Of a DNA stretch of 64,000 nucleotides, positions 29,576-40,660 are shown in pieces. The notes beneath the pieces were generated by a model, which searched no databases, was not told where the DNA came from, and worked only from the letters and a program-made list of their open reading frames with translations. Positions within the stretch are counted from its first letter, which is position 1; every line of letters begins with the position of its first letter. This stretch comes from Planctomycetota bacterium (GTDB taxonomy: Bacteria; Planctomycetota; JAJSAM01; JAJVHW01). Location: positions 544,001 through 608,000 of the forward strand of contig CBDFJG010000001.1 in NCBI GenBank assembly GCA_965248445.1, read 5' to 3'. Both the position numbers and the translations under genes were made by a program.

Positions 29576-31244
29576 CCCGAATCGTTCACCAGCCGGGAAT
29601 CTGAGCGGGCCGTCGTCTGTCTAAGTGCTCGTACTCGCTAGTACTTGCACCGACAGGAGCGCCGGCCCGATGACGACAGACTGTAGCCCGCAGGGGACCC
29701 TCTTCGCGGGCATCTGTGGACGCACCGCGGTGACGCGCTTCGACGCCGGTACCGTGACGAGCGACGGGGGCGTGCTGCTGCTCGAGCGGGTCGATCGTCG
29801 CATCGATCTGCTCTCGCGGTTTGCGCGCTGCTTCGGGGACCACCGGGACCCGCGTCGGGTCGAGCACACGGTCGGCCAGATGCTGCGTCAGCGGGTCTTC
29901 GGGCTGTGCGCGGGCTACGAGGATCTGGTGGACCACGACCATGTCGGCAAGGACCCGCTGTTTGCCGCGGCGTGCGGCAAGCGCGAGGGTGCTCTGGCCA
30001 CGCACCCGACGCTCTCGCGGCTCGAGACCACGCAGCTCGGCGCCACGGCACAGACGCGCTACGCCAAGATCGAGATGGACCAGGAGCGCGTGGACAGCGT
30101 GCTCAGCGACGTCTTCTGCGAGGCCATGGGGCCGGAGGATCCGGGCCTGCTCGTGCTGGACCTGGACCACTCCGACGTGCGGCTGCACGGCCGGCAGGAG
30201 GGCCGCTTCTTCCACGGCTACTACGGGCACTACTGCTACCTGCCGCTGTACGTCTTCTGCGGCGAGCACCTCTTGCTCGCTCGGCTCCAGACCGCTGACA
30301 GAGATCCCGCGCGCGGAGTCGTGGACGAGCTCCGTGCGCTGGTCTTACGTCTGCGGCGCCGCTGGCCCCGGGCCAAGGTGCTCGTGCGCGCAGACTCGGG
30401 CTTTTGCCGCGAGGAGCTGATGGCCTGGTGCGAGGCCGCCGGCCACTTCTACCTGCTGGGCATGGCGCGCAATGAGCGCCTTGAGCGACACGTCGAAGAC
30501 GCGCTCGATGAGGCCGCAGCCCGTGCCGTGCAGACCGGCCGAGCAGCCCGGGTCTTTCGCGACTTTGCCTGGACCACGCTGGGGAGCTGGAGCCAGAGGC
30601 GTCGCGTGGTCGCCAAGGCCGAGCACCTGCCGGGCGGCAAGCGCAATCCCCGCTTCGTGGTGACCAATCTGCCGCCTCGTAGCTGGAGCAGCAAGCGTCT
30701 CTACGAGCAGCTCTACTGCGCCCGGGGCGAGGCGGAGAATCGCATCAAGGAGCAGCAGCTCGAGCTCTTCGGCACCCGTCTGTCGGTGCACACGATGCAG
30801 GGCAACGCCGTGCGGATGGCCATGTCGGCCATGGCCTACGTCCTGACCTGTGCGCTGCGACGCATCGGTCTCGCCGGCACCGAGATGGCGCGTGCGCAAG
30901 CCGGCACGATCCGCCTGCGGCTGCTCAAGATCGGCGCGCTCGTGCGGATCACGACGCGCCGGATCTGGGTCTCGATGTCCTCGTCGTGGCCCTGGCAGCA
31001 CGTCTTCGAGCGCTGCGCGCAACGACTGCTGGCATCCCCGAAGCCGACCTGACGTCCCGCCGCGCCGTCCGCCACACCACCGCCCGGCCTACGGTCTGCC
31101 CACACCGCAGAATCCGCGCCGTTTCGGCCGCTCACTCGCGTTGCCCTTGTGGCAACGACGACAGCATCCGCCCTCGCCTGGCCAAGATCTGACCCTGTGG
31201 ACTCCGAAAGCACCGTCATCGCGACGTCTCGTGAACAGATGCGG
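29576..31244 (+). mobile_element. IS1380-family element
   Basis: Imperfect IRs CCCGAATCGTTCAC / GTGAACAGATGCGG; flanks CTAG and CTAA. Confidence 0.75.
29670..31052 (+). CDS. IS1380-family transposase
   Basis: FDAGTVTSDGG, GYED, HGRQEG, RADSGF, KAE, RGEAENRIKE. Confidence 0.95.
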   Translation: MTTDCSPQGTLFAGICGRTAVTRFDAGTVTSDGGVLLLERVDRRIDLLSRFARCFGDHRDPRRVEHTVGQMLRQRVFGLCAGYEDLVDHDHVGKDPLFAAACGKREGALATHPTLSRLETTQLGATAQTRYAKIEMDQERVDSVLSDVFCEAMGPEDPGLLVLDLDHSDVRLHGRQEGRFFHGYYGHYCYLPLYVFCGEHLLLARLQTADRDPARGVVDELRALVLRLRRRWPRAKVLVRADSGFCREELMAWCEAAGHFYLLGMARNERLERHVEDALDEAAARAVQTGRAARVFRDFAWTTLGSWSQRRRVVAKAEHLPGGKRNPRFVVTNLPPRSWSSKRLYEQLYCARGEAENRIKEQQLELFGTRLSVHTMQGNAVRMAMSAMAYVLTCALRRIGLAGTEMARAQAGTIRLRLLKIGALVRITTRRIWVSMSSSWPWQHVFERCAQRLLASPKPT

Positions 31245-31247
31245 CTA

Positions 31248-31513
31248 AGTCCGATGAACAACGCCGCCGAGCGCGCGGTCCGCAAAGCGGTGCTCTGGCG
31301 CAAGGGCTCCTTCGGAAGCCAGTCCGCTCGCGGACTCCGCTTCGCCGAGCGCGTGTTGACCGCCGCGGCCACGCTGCGACGCCGTGGCGACCAAGTCTTC
31401 GACTTCCTCGCCGACTCGGTCGCCGCGCACCTCACCGGCGCCGACCCGCCCGTCATGGTCCCGCTGCCCGTCGCACGCTGAGGCTCACACGCTGTCAAGG
31501 GGTGAACGGTTAC
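31248..31513 (+). mobile_element. 3' remnant of the IS66 copy A type
   Basis: Near-identical to the reverse complement of about 16073-16335, including the IR. Confidence 0.9.
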
Positions 31514-31687
31514 CTGGACAACGGGCGAGCGAGGGTGAAGTGGGGCATGGACTATCGCGTGAAATTCGGTCCCTTCGGATGGTTGCTGGGCCAAACCATG
31601 ATGAAGTTGATGATGGGCAAGATCCTCGACGGCAATCTGAAGGGTCTCGCCAACAGAGTTCGGTCGAACCGGCCTGCGGCTTCATAA
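31514..31687 (+). pseudogene. 3' stub of an SRPBCC-like gene
   Basis: MDYRVKFGPFGWLLGQTMMKLMMGKILDGNLKGL begins at the IS end. Confidence 0.55.
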
Positions 31688-32087
31688 GCGGCCGGAGCGG
31701 CCCGTTTCTCAGCCCTCCGCGGCGTCCGCGCCGCTGGAGCCATCGCGGGTTCGGTGTCCTTCTCCGCGTGGTGCTTGGCAGCACACGATGACCACGCCGG
31801 CCCTTCACCACCGCAAGGCGGGCCACCGCCCCTCCCGTATGACACAGGAGGTCGCTCACTAAACTCCAAGACGCGGTGTCTCAGAATCGTTGACACGTCC
31901 CGGCGATCCGCGGGTAGGATCGCGGAGATTCAGGTGAGAGGTCTGGGCCGAGAGGGGTTCATGCACCAACGCCACCCGGCAGCGGGTCGCGTAACTGGGC
32001 GACACTCTGGATCTCCTGCTCGGCATGGGCGGTCTCCTTGGAGAGTCGAATCTGCGGCGTGCGGTCCGCCGAAGCAAGGAAGGGTTC

Positions 32088-34250
32088 ATGCACCAACGCC
32101 ACCTAAAGAGAGTAGGGCAACGTCTCGGGAAGTATCAGCTTCGCAAATTAATCGGGGCGGGTAGCACGGGGGCGATTTACAGAGCTTATGACGAGTCGCT
32201 TAGCCGAGAGGTCGCGATCAAAATATTGCTCAACGAGCGTGCGGAGAATAAGCTATACTTGGAACGCTTTCGATCCGAAGCCAAAGCGGCCGGCCAGCTT
32301 AGGGACCAGCATGTCGTTGCGGTCTATGAACTCGGAGAAGATCGCGACACACATTTCATTGCGATGGAATTGGTCGATGGCGGGAGTGTCGCTGACGAAC
32401 TCAAAAAGCGGGGCGCATTCCCGGTCACCGAAGCCACCCACATCACGGCAGATGCCTGCCGCGGCTTGAGTGCCGCTCATCAGCTTCGACTGGTGCATCG
32501 CGACATTAAACCGGAAAACCTTCTGAGAACGAAGAACCAGCTAGTAAAGATTGCGGACTTTGGCCTGTCAAAGGGCGATTTCCGGAAGCACAACCAACTC
32601 ACGATGACCGGCGAAATTCTCGGCACACCTTACTTCATGAGCCCGGAGCAATGCGAAGGTGCACCGGTAGACGAGCGAAGCGACATTTATTCGCTTGGGG
32701 CGACATACTACATGCTGCTCACGGGAGCTTACCCCTATTCCGAAGCAACGACAATAATGCAAGTCATGCATTTGCATTGTTCGGACAAGGAGCTCGATCC
32801 CTGTCTTGTCCACGCGAAACTTCCTGATCAATGCTCTGCAATCGTAAAAAGGGCGACTGCAAGGAGTCCGGACGACCGATACCAAACGGTCGATGACATG
32901 CTTGTCGATCTCGAGGAGCTTCTAGCCGATCAGGACCGGATCTCCCAAAACACAAAGAAACGTGGAGAGACCAAGAGGAAGCGACAAGTTGTGATGGTAT
33001 CGATCATTGTGGCCGTGGTGGTTGCCGGCGCCACCTTGCTCATGTTGAATGCGAATAGAACAACAGGAGAGGCAAGGCATGGCGAACGTTCTCCAGCCAG
33101 CCGCCGATTTTCCGGTGCGCTGTCACAAGGAGTCACCGCGGACACCGTTACCTTTGGCACGACGACGGCCTACTCCGGCACCGCCGGTGATCTTGGCCGC
33201 AACATAGTATACGGGATCAGAGCTTGTTTCAAGGCAGTTAATAAACAGGGAGGAATACACGGGCGGAAGCTGGAGCTTGTTGTGCTCGACGACGGATACG
33301 AGCCAGTTAGAGCATTGAACAATATACGGATACTCTTTGAAGAGAAACAAATATTTGCAACGATCGGCAATGTTGGAACGCCGACGGCAAAGGCGATCCT
33401 CCCCTACACTATTGAGAATCGCTACCTGTTGTTCGCGCCATTCTCCGGTGCCAAGCTACTTCGGCGGGACCCACCGGACCGATACGTTTTTAATTTTCGC
33501 GCGAGCTACACCGAGGAGATTGCCGCCATGATGCAATACCTCGTCGAATTGCGTAAGATTGATCCGCAAAAAATCGCGGTCTTTGTCCAGGACGATTCGT
33601 TTGGAGACAGTGGTTTTGATGCGGTCGTTCAAGCATTGAGCGAGCATGAAATTGAGGGGAAGGATGTATTGCGGGTTAAGTATCGACGCAACAGTGTCGA
33701 GGTGGAAGATGCCGTGAAGGAGATCGTGCGCGAAATTGAGAACGTCGATGCTATCGTCATGATTTCGACGTATGAGCCAACTGCCAAATTTGTCAGATCG
33801 GTCAAAGACAAGAGTAAGAAAGAAATACATTTCGCAGCGGTGTCGTTTGTTGGCAGTCGCGGCTTGGCCGAAGAATTTCGCGAGATGGGCGCACGCTCAC
33901 GCTATGGTGAGGGCGTCATTGTTACCCAGGTCGTGCCGCACTATGATGCGAAGGCTAAGGGGGTGAATCGCTATCGACAGTTACTGCGGGAACATTGCCC
34001 AGAAGCGCGGCCAAGTTTTGCTTCGTTGGAGGGTTTTATTGCAGCGGAGTGCCTTGTCAAAGGATTGGAAGCCGTGGGGCCGAACCTGACTACGGAACGT
34101 CTTGTCGATGCGCTTGAGAACATCAAGGATTTGGATCTCGGAGTGGGGCCGCTCCTCAGCTTTGGACGATTTCGGCATCAGGCTTCAATGAAGATCTGGG
34201 GGACAATTCTAGACGACGAAGGCAACTACAAGAGTCTGAAGCTTGAATAA
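32088..34250 (+). CDS. Membrane Ser/Thr protein kinase with C-terminal type I periplasmic-binding (Leu-binding-like) domain
   Basis: GAGSTG, AIK, HRDIKPEN, DFG, GTPYFMSPE, TM helix, GGIHGRKLELVVLDDGYEP, GNVGTP; AT-richer than flanks. Confidence 0.93.
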   Translation: MHQRHLKRVGQRLGKYQLRKLIGAGSTGAIYRAYDESLSREVAIKILLNERAENKLYLERFRSEAKAAGQLRDQHVVAVYELGEDRDTHFIAMELVDGGSVADELKKRGAFPVTEATHITADACRGLSAAHQLRLVHRDIKPENLLRTKNQLVKIADFGLSKGDFRKHNQLTMTGEILGTPYFMSPEQCEGAPVDERSDIYSLGATYYMLLTGAYPYSEATTIMQVMHLHCSDKELDPCLVHAKLPDQCSAIVKRATARSPDDRYQTVDDMLVDLEELLADQDRISQNTKKRGETKRKRQVVMVSIIVAVVVAGATLLMLNANRTTGEARHGERSPASRRFSGALSQGVTADTVTFGTTTAYSGTAGDLGRNIVYGIRACFKAVNKQGGIHGRKLELVVLDDGYEPVRALNNIRILFEEKQIFATIGNVGTPTAKAILPYTIENRYLLFAPFSGAKLLRRDPPDRYVFNFRASYTEEIAAMMQYLVELRKIDPQKIAVFVQDDSFGDSGFDAVVQALSEHEIEGKDVLRVKYRRNSVEVEDAVKEIVREIENVDAIVMISTYEPTAKFVRSVKDKSKKEIHFAAVSFVGSRGLAEEFREMGARSRYGEGVIVTQVVPHYDAKAKGVNRYRQLLREHCPEARPSFASLEGFIAAECLVKGLEAVGPNLTTERLVDALENIKDLDLGVGPLLSFGRFRHQASMKIWGTILDDEGNYKSLKLE

Positions 34251-34289
34251 CGCAAAAACCGAACTCATCGAACGCACGAGCTTCCCGAC

Positions 34290-34395
34290 GAAGTCCGCGG
34301 GTTCGGCTTCGAGTTGCTCGCGGTCGCCGTGCGTCTTGTACTCGCGCACACCCCGCATCAGTGCCTGCGCGATGTCGAGTCCGGCCTCACCGAAG
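34290..34395 (-). pseudogene. Internal relic of another IS66 transposase
   Basis: FGEAGLDIAQALMRGVREYKTHGDREQL aligns with FGNKGVMIAQSVMRSYRLFGEHGDRDRL of copy A. Confidence 0.55.
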
Positions 34396-35090
34396 CATGC
34401 ATATCCGGTTAATGACCGCGCCCACTACATCTTGTGCTAGAAGGGCAGCGGGCTTGCAGGCTCGTCGGCGTAGACCTGTTCGTACGTGCGCGGCGGCGTC
34501 TTCGCCGCGATGCCGAGGACCGTCTGGAACGCTGCCTGCGGCGTGCGTCTCCTGTTGAACCGGAACGTGAACTCGTCGAGATACCGCTGCAGGTGCTTCT
34601 CCGAGACCCGGCCGTGGTGCGTGCCTACGAGCCAGGTCTTGAGGTTGGAGAAGACCAGGTGGTGCAGGTGCCTCAGGACGTCCGCCTGCGCCGCGCCCAT
34701 CATCGTGGACTCGATCCCGTGCTCGTAGCCGAGTTTCTCGACTGCGTCGTAGGTCTCGTGGCCGTCGGTCACGACGAGCGCCCCACGCTCGATGCTGTCC
34801 TTGACGAACGCCAGCAGGTGCGGCTTCGATGAGGCCGGCACGTGGCGCAGCCGGATGCGTCCGGGCTGTGTGCCTCTCTTCGTCGGACGCACCTCGACCG
34901 CGCCGACCACGACGGCCTTGTCTGCCGCGGTGCGCTCCTCTCGGCCTCGAAACGGCGCTCCGATCAGCGCCTCGTCGACCTCGACGACGCCGAACAACTG
35001 CGCGCGCTCCGGCGCGACCATCGCAGATCGCAGTTTCTGGAGCATCTGGTACGCGGTCTCGTAGCGGGTCAGACCGAGCTGTCGCTGGAG
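34396..35090 (-). mobile_element. 5'-truncated IS1595-family element (transposase remnant 34437-35090)
   Basis: End CATGCATATCCGGTT; near-identical to about 39320-40008. Confidence 0.9.
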
Positions 35091-36400
35091 CCAGGGTCGA
35101 GCGGAACCTGTTCAGCGGCCAGCGGTCCGACGACCCCGGCGTCGACATCGACGGGCCGAACGCCGTGGTGCAAAAGAACCGGTTCGTCTACGGCCTCGGC
35201 GTCGGCATCCAGGTCGATGCCGAGAACGGTGGAACGGCCACGGTCTGCAAGAATACGGTCGATTCGATGGCGGGCGACTCCTACATCCTGGTGGAGAACG
35301 CGGCGGGCCCCAGGGTCCTGAAGAACGTCTTCAAGAACGCTTACATTGGCGATAGCTACGACCACGTCATCGACCTCCAGTCCTGTGACGACGCCCTAGT
35401 CTCCGGCAACAAGATACTGACGATGAACTACTCCATCGAGAGGGGGATCAACGTCGCGGGCGAACGGGCGACGGTAACGAAGAACTGCATCGAGAACGTG
35501 AATGGCTACTACTACGACCTGTATTGCATCTACGTGCAGGGGAACGACGCCGCGATCAGCCGCAACAAGATCCGGATCTGCGGCGCCGGGGAGGAATCCG
35601 ACACGTATGCGATCTACGTTTCCGGGAACACAGCGAGCGTCACGCGAAACGCGATCAACGACATAGCTGGTGGCGGCGACGAGATCTTCGGGGTCTATAT
35701 CGACGGCGACGACGGCTCCATCGACGGCAACCGGATCAGCCACCTGAACGAAGAGTACACGTACGCCATCTACTACACCGGCCACAGGGCCCGGATCGTC
35801 AAGAACAGGATCGCGCACGTGATGGCTGACGGGGACATCTACGTCCGCGGCGATGACTTCCTGATCGAGAACAACACCGTCAGGGACGGAGCGTACTACT
35901 GCACCGGTATCTACACGCGCGGATCCGCCACGATGCTCGGGGCGGCGGTGATCCAGCGGAACTCACTGAGCTTTCTCGGGTCGGACGGCATCGACCACGG
36001 AGGCAACGGGGTGGTCATCCGCGACAACAAGCTGAACCACCTGGCGGGGTTCGGGGTGATTGCGGACGGAAACGACAACGTGCTGATCGGTAACAGTGTG
36101 TCGGGCACGTACACGGCCGCTTTCCACATCGATGGCAACGACAACAGCGTGACGGGTTGTGCCGCCAGGGACAGCGACGGAGACGGGTTCAGGATCCAGG
36201 GCAACAACAACACGCTGGAGAACTGCACGGCGTCCAACTGCGCCGCCGAGGGCCTCGACAACAGCGGCACCGACACCAGCGCGATGAACTGCCGGTTCAC
36301 CGGCTCCCGAATCGACTACGCCGGCAACAACAACATGATCGACGACACCGGAACGACGTTCGGGACCGGAAGTGCCGCGACCGCGCCCGAGATCAACTGA
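35091..36400 (+). pseudogene. Beta-helix (NosD-like) protein lacking its N-terminus
   Basis: Regular G-I-x-V-x-G / I-x-x-N repeats; begins at the IS1595 breakpoint. Confidence 0.75.
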
Positions 36401-36524
36401 CCTCGGGACCATCGAGATCGGGACACCCGCGCGGACGGGTCCTGCGGATACCGAGATGGGATGAGATCCCGTCTTCTCGACCAAGGTTCTTAGAGCGTTG
36501 TTGGCGCTGCCCGCCTCGCCTGCG

Positions 36525-38056
36525 GTACCCGTTCAGGGTATGACGATCCGCGGCCTCAGCGCGTGATCGGGAGCGCGACGAGAGCCGGCGGCGAGCGGTT
36601 GTGCGCGAGTGCCGCGCTGACGTCTGCGAGGTAATCGAAGACGCTCTCGCCACGCTGGCGGAGCGTGGCGGTGACGGTCAGGATGCGCTCGACGAAGCGG
36701 AGTCCGCGCTCGCTCTGACTTCCGTGCGTTGCGCGTCTCCACAGGACCGGCTTGCGCACCGCGCGCTCAGCGGCGTTGTTCGTCGGGGAGACGCCAGGGA
36801 CGTCGGCGAAGGTCCACAGAGCCTCCGCTCGGTCGAGCAGATGCCGAGTCGTTCCGCGTACTCGGCGGTGCTTGCTGTCTGCGCCGCGCACGAGCAGCGT
36901 CAGGAGTCGGTCCCATGTGAGACGCAGCTCACGCCGCATGCGGTCGCGGTCCCCGTGCTCGCCGAAGTGACGCTGAGCTCGCATGACAGCCTGGGCGAGA
37001 CGCACGGCCTGCTTGCCGAAGCGCCGGCCGCCGCGCGAGCCCTCGGCCAGCGCTCGAAAGTCCCTCTCGAGATGCGCCCAGCAGATCTGGCGGCGCTCGG
37101 TGGGATGCTGGTCGTAAGCGCCCATACGGTCGGTCACGAGGACGCCCCTGAAGCGCTTGCCCACGAGTCGCCGCATGGCCTTGGCGCTCCTGCGCCGATC
37201 GATACGATGGACCGTGGCGTGCTCACAGACCGCGCTCCACAGCCAATGCAGCGTGCCACGACGCGACCACGGTGTCTCGTCTACATAGGCGACGCTGCTC
37301 GTGCGTACGGCCCCGAGGGCCTCGATGTGCGCTGAGGAGATGGCTCCCGACACCCGCTCCTCGATCGCACTGACCGTGCCCGGTGACATCGAGACGCCGA
37401 TGACGTCACGCAACAGACGACTGGTCTCGCGCCGCGACAGGCGGAAGACGCCGACCAGAGCCGCGGTGAGCGCACAGAGTCGCGGGCCGAAGGGACTCGC
37501 CGTCACACCGCTTGGCAGCGAGGCAGTGGACGTGGCGCCACAGTCCGTGCACCGTGCCCGGTGCAACCGGTGCTCGGTCACCTGGATCAGCCGTGGCGGG
37601 ACCTCGAAGACCTGCTGGCGTGTCGGGGCGCGATCGATCGGGACGAGCACGTCGCTCCCACACGCGCTGCACTCGCGCGGGCGGTGGTCCTCTACGCCAT
37701 CGACCTCGGACTCGTCCACGAGCTTGCGCGTCGCCCCTTTGTGGCCGGGCTGCGCACCCTGGCGCTTGTCCGACGGCGGCTTGCGCCGCCGCCGCTTCTT
37801 GGACCACGACGGATCCGAGGACGGTGGGCGCGAGGAGGTGCGGGAGTCCCGGCGAAGACGGCTCTCGAGATCGTCGATCCGTGCCGCCTGCCGCTCGATC
37901 ACCTCCGCCTGCTCGGCAATCGTCTCGTCCCGAGCGTCCAGACGACGGGTCAGGCGCTCGACCAGATCACGCAGCTCATCGGTGCCCACATCCGATTCAT
38001 CGACCGAACGGAAAGCGATCTGGATCCGAGCTCAGAACCAAGGGCTGAACGGGTAC
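36525..38056 (-). mobile_element. IS66-family element copy B1 with 8-bp target duplication CGCCTGCG
   Basis: IRs GTACCCGTTCAG/CTGAACGGGTAC; duplication at 36517-36524 and 38057-38064. Confidence 0.95.
36556..37989 (-). CDS. IS66-family transposase
   Basis: SSRPPSSD, DETPW, QICWAH, TNNAAER. Confidence 0.95.
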   Translation of the reverse strand: MGTDELRDLVERLTRRLDARDETIAEQAEVIERQAARIDDLESRLRRDSRTSSRPPSSDPSWSKKRRRRKPPSDKRQGAQPGHKGATRKLVDESEVDGVEDHRPRECSACGSDVLVPIDRAPTRQQVFEVPPRLIQVTEHRLHRARCTDCGATSTASLPSGVTASPFGPRLCALTAALVGVFRLSRRETSRLLRDVIGVSMSPGTVSAIEERVSGAISSAHIEALGAVRTSSVAYVDETPWSRRGTLHWLWSAVCEHATVHRIDRRRSAKAMRRLVGKRFRGVLVTDRMGAYDQHPTERRQICWAHLERDFRALAEGSRGGRRFGKQAVRLAQAVMRAQRHFGEHGDRDRMRRELRLTWDRLLTLLVRGADSKHRRVRGTTRHLLDRAEALWTFADVPGVSPTNNAAERAVRKPVLWRRATHGSQSERGLRFVERILTVTATLRQRGESVFDYLADVSAALAHNRSPPALVALPITR

Positions 38057-38967
38057 CGCCTGCGCGCGGGGACCGCGCTCGGCGGGCCGCGAGGACAGGT
38101 TGGGTGGTGCGACGCCTTCGCCTGTCGGCTCGGGCATGAATCCGGGGCGGCGGAGCGCGCGCGAGTTCGCTCGGAAGACTCGTGGCTCATGCGGGCACCT
38201 GCGTGGCCGACGTGGCCACGGGTGTGGGCCGGGGGACGAAGGGCTGTTTGTTTCGAGCCACCCAGTGGACGGCGACCAGGAGCTTTCGCATGGACGCGAC
38301 GAGGGCGACCTTCGGGAGCTTGCCCTGGGACCGAAGCCGTTCGTAGAAGGCGCGCAGCCAGGGGTTCCTGCGCACCGCGGTCAGGACGGGCATCCACAGG
38401 GCCCTGCGCAGCCGGGCGTGCCCGATGCGGGTGATGGCGGCGCGTTGGCCCTGGTTGCGTCCGGACTGCTTGAGTGCCGGGACGACCCCGATGTATGACG
38501 CCAGCGCCTTGGCGTCGCGGAAACGAGTGATGTCGCCCAGCTCCGCGACGAGCCGCGCGGCGGTCTGTGGCCCGATGCCGTCGATGGTCGTGAGGAGCTT
38601 GCCGACCTCGTGGTGCTCCAGGGTTCCCCCGATCAGCTTCTCCAAGTCGCGAAGGCGCCGGCGCAGCAAGTCCAGATCCTCGCAGGCGTACCGGACCTGA
38701 GTGCGATAGGCCTCGGCGTGGTGGCGGCCCACGGACGACTTGGCTGCACGGACCAGGTCTTGGGCAAGCTGCCGCCCGACTCGGTGACGTCCGTCGTAAC
38801 GGAGCGCGGCGAGTCGCTTGACCGAGACACCCACAAAGGCCTGCGCGGTGGGATGGCGGTTGAGCAGCGCCGTGGCGAGTTCGCTGTCGAGGGTGCGGAC
38901 GTGGCGTGTGAACTCCGGGAAACCCAGGTCCACCAAGCGGTGAAGCCGGCGGACCCGGTCTCCAAAG

Positions 38968-40008
38968 CATGCATATCCGGTTGACGACCGTGACCCCAAG
39001 GGGTAGTGTCTCGGACGCATGCCGAAGCCGGGCTACCCTCGCAACATCGTGGAGTTCACGGAGCAGTTCGCGACGGAAGAGCAGTGCCTCGAGTACCTCG
39101 TGCAGTGTCGTTGGCCCGACGGGTTCCGCTGCCGCCGGTGCGGCGGCAAGAAGTACTGGCCCCGTCCAGATCGAAGAGCGATGCGGTGCGTGGGCTGCGA
39201 CCTGATCACGTCGGTCACCGCGGGCACAGTGCTGCATCGCAGCCGGCTGCCGCTGAAGTCCTGGATGTGGGCCGCGTACTTGATGACGACGGACAAGCGG
39301 GGCGTCTCTGCGCTCGCACTCCAGCGACAGCTCGGTCTGACCCGCTACGAGACCGCGTACCAGATGCTCCAGAAACTGCGATCTGCGATGGTCGCGCCGG
39401 AGCGCGCGCAGTTGTTCGGCGTCGTCGAGGTCGACGAGGCGCTGATCGGAGCGCCGTTTCGAGGCCGAGAGGAGCGCACCGCGGCAGACAAGGCCGTCGT
39501 GGTCGGCGCGGTCGAGGTGCGTCCGACGAAGAGAGGCACACAGCCCGGACGCATCCGGCTGCGCCACGTGCCGGCCTCATCGAAGCCGCACCTGCTGGCG
39601 TTCGTCAAGGACAGCATCGAGCGTGGGGCGCTCGTCGTGACCGACGGCCACGAGACCTACGACGCAGTCGAGAAACTCGGCTACGAGCACGGGATCGAGT
39701 CCACGATGATGGGCGCGGCGCAGGCGGACGTCCTGAGGCACCTGCACCTGGTCTTCTCCAACCTCAAGACCTGGCTCGTAGGCACGCACCACGGCCGGGT
39801 CTCGAAGAAGCACCTGCAGCGGTATCTCGACGAGTTCACGTTCCGGTTCAACAGGAGACGCACGCCGCAGGCAGCGTTCCAGACGGTCCTCGGCATCGCG
39901 GCGAAGACGCCGCCGCACGTACGAACAGGTCTACGCCGACGAGCCTGCAAGCCCGCTGCCCTTCTAGCACAAGATGTAGTGGGCGCGGTCATTAACCGGA
40001 TATGCATG
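38968..40008 (+). mobile_element. IS1595-family element with 8-bp target duplication CTCCAAAG
   Basis: IRs CATGCATATCCGGTT; duplication at 38960-38967 and 40009-40016. Confidence 0.93.
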
Positions 40009-40038
40009 CTCCAAAGTCCTGGACCACGCGATCCCTGA
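39019..40038 (+). CDS. IS1595-family transposase (C-terminus frameshifted relative to the other copy)
   Basis: RWPDGFRC zinc ribbon, VEVDE, TDG, HLQRYLDEFTFRFN. Confidence 0.9.
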   Translation: MPKPGYPRNIVEFTEQFATEEQCLEYLVQCRWPDGFRCRRCGGKKYWPRPDRRAMRCVGCDLITSVTAGTVLHRSRLPLKSWMWAAYLMTTDKRGVSALALQRQLGLTRYETAYQMLQKLRSAMVAPERAQLFGVVEVDEALIGAPFRGREERTAADKAVVVGAVEVRPTKRGTQPGRIRLRHVPASSKPHLLAFVKDSIERGALVVTDGHETYDAVEKLGYEHGIESTMMGAAQADVLRHLHLVFSNLKTWLVGTHHGRVSKKHLQRYLDEFTFRFNRRRTPQAAFQTVLGIAAKTPPHVRTGLRRRACKPAALLAQDVVGAVINRICMLQSPGPRDP

Positions 40039-40479
40039 GTCTGACGAGCTCGCGCAGTTCCTCGGTGCCGGAGTCGGGCAGCCGCGTGGGCTCCGGGCGT
40101 TTCTGGCGAGCGAACCGGGCGAGCCCGAGGGCGTCGATGGCATCGGTCTTGGTCCGCTGCAGGTCCTCGCCGGCGAAGCGGTGGGTCCGCAGCGGATTGA
40201 TCAGCACCATGGCGAAACCGCGCGAGAGAAGCTCCGCCGCCAAGTTGCGCCAGTAGTGCCCGGTCGCCTCCAAGGCCACGAGCACGTCTCGAGGGACGCC
40301 GAGCAACTCGAAGAGCTCCTCGTAGCCCTGTGCGTCCTCACCGAAGGCGGTGGGCCGCACCAGGATCTCTTCGTCCTCGTCCATCACCGCCACGACGTGC
40401 TTCTTCGAAGCGATGTCTATCCCCGCGTAGCGCATCGTGCACCTCCTGTCATGCGACGAGGAGGACCGGGAGCCTCGGA

Positions 40480-40660
40480 GCCGGCGACCGTACTCATCCT
40501 TGTTCATGCGAGGACGCGCGTCTGCGCGCCTCAGGATCCCGTCCGAGCGTGGGTCGCCGGTCGAGGGCGCCAATCTCATCTCCGAGGACTGCGCCTCGTG
40601 AAGGCCGCGGCGACCCTCTCCCGGCTCTCGTCGATCTCTGTCCACCGTAGGTCGCGGGCA
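40480..40660 (-). ncRNA. Predicted IS110 bridge RNA (boundaries approximate)
   Basis: Four guide segments matching the actual target and donor, each pair flanking a hairpin; see findings. Confidence 0.75.

Larger units (their letters stand above)
38187..40435 (-). pseudogene. IS110 recombinase/transposase split by IS1595
   Basis: GIDIAS, EATGHY, KTDAIDA in the 5' part; IDGIG, QSG, MRKLL in the 3' part; rejoins as VQDFGDRV. Confidence 0.92.

Noticed and set aside
39730..39930. Small indels between the two IS1595 copies as functional variation
   Set aside because: Cannot be told apart from drift or consensus error without reads.
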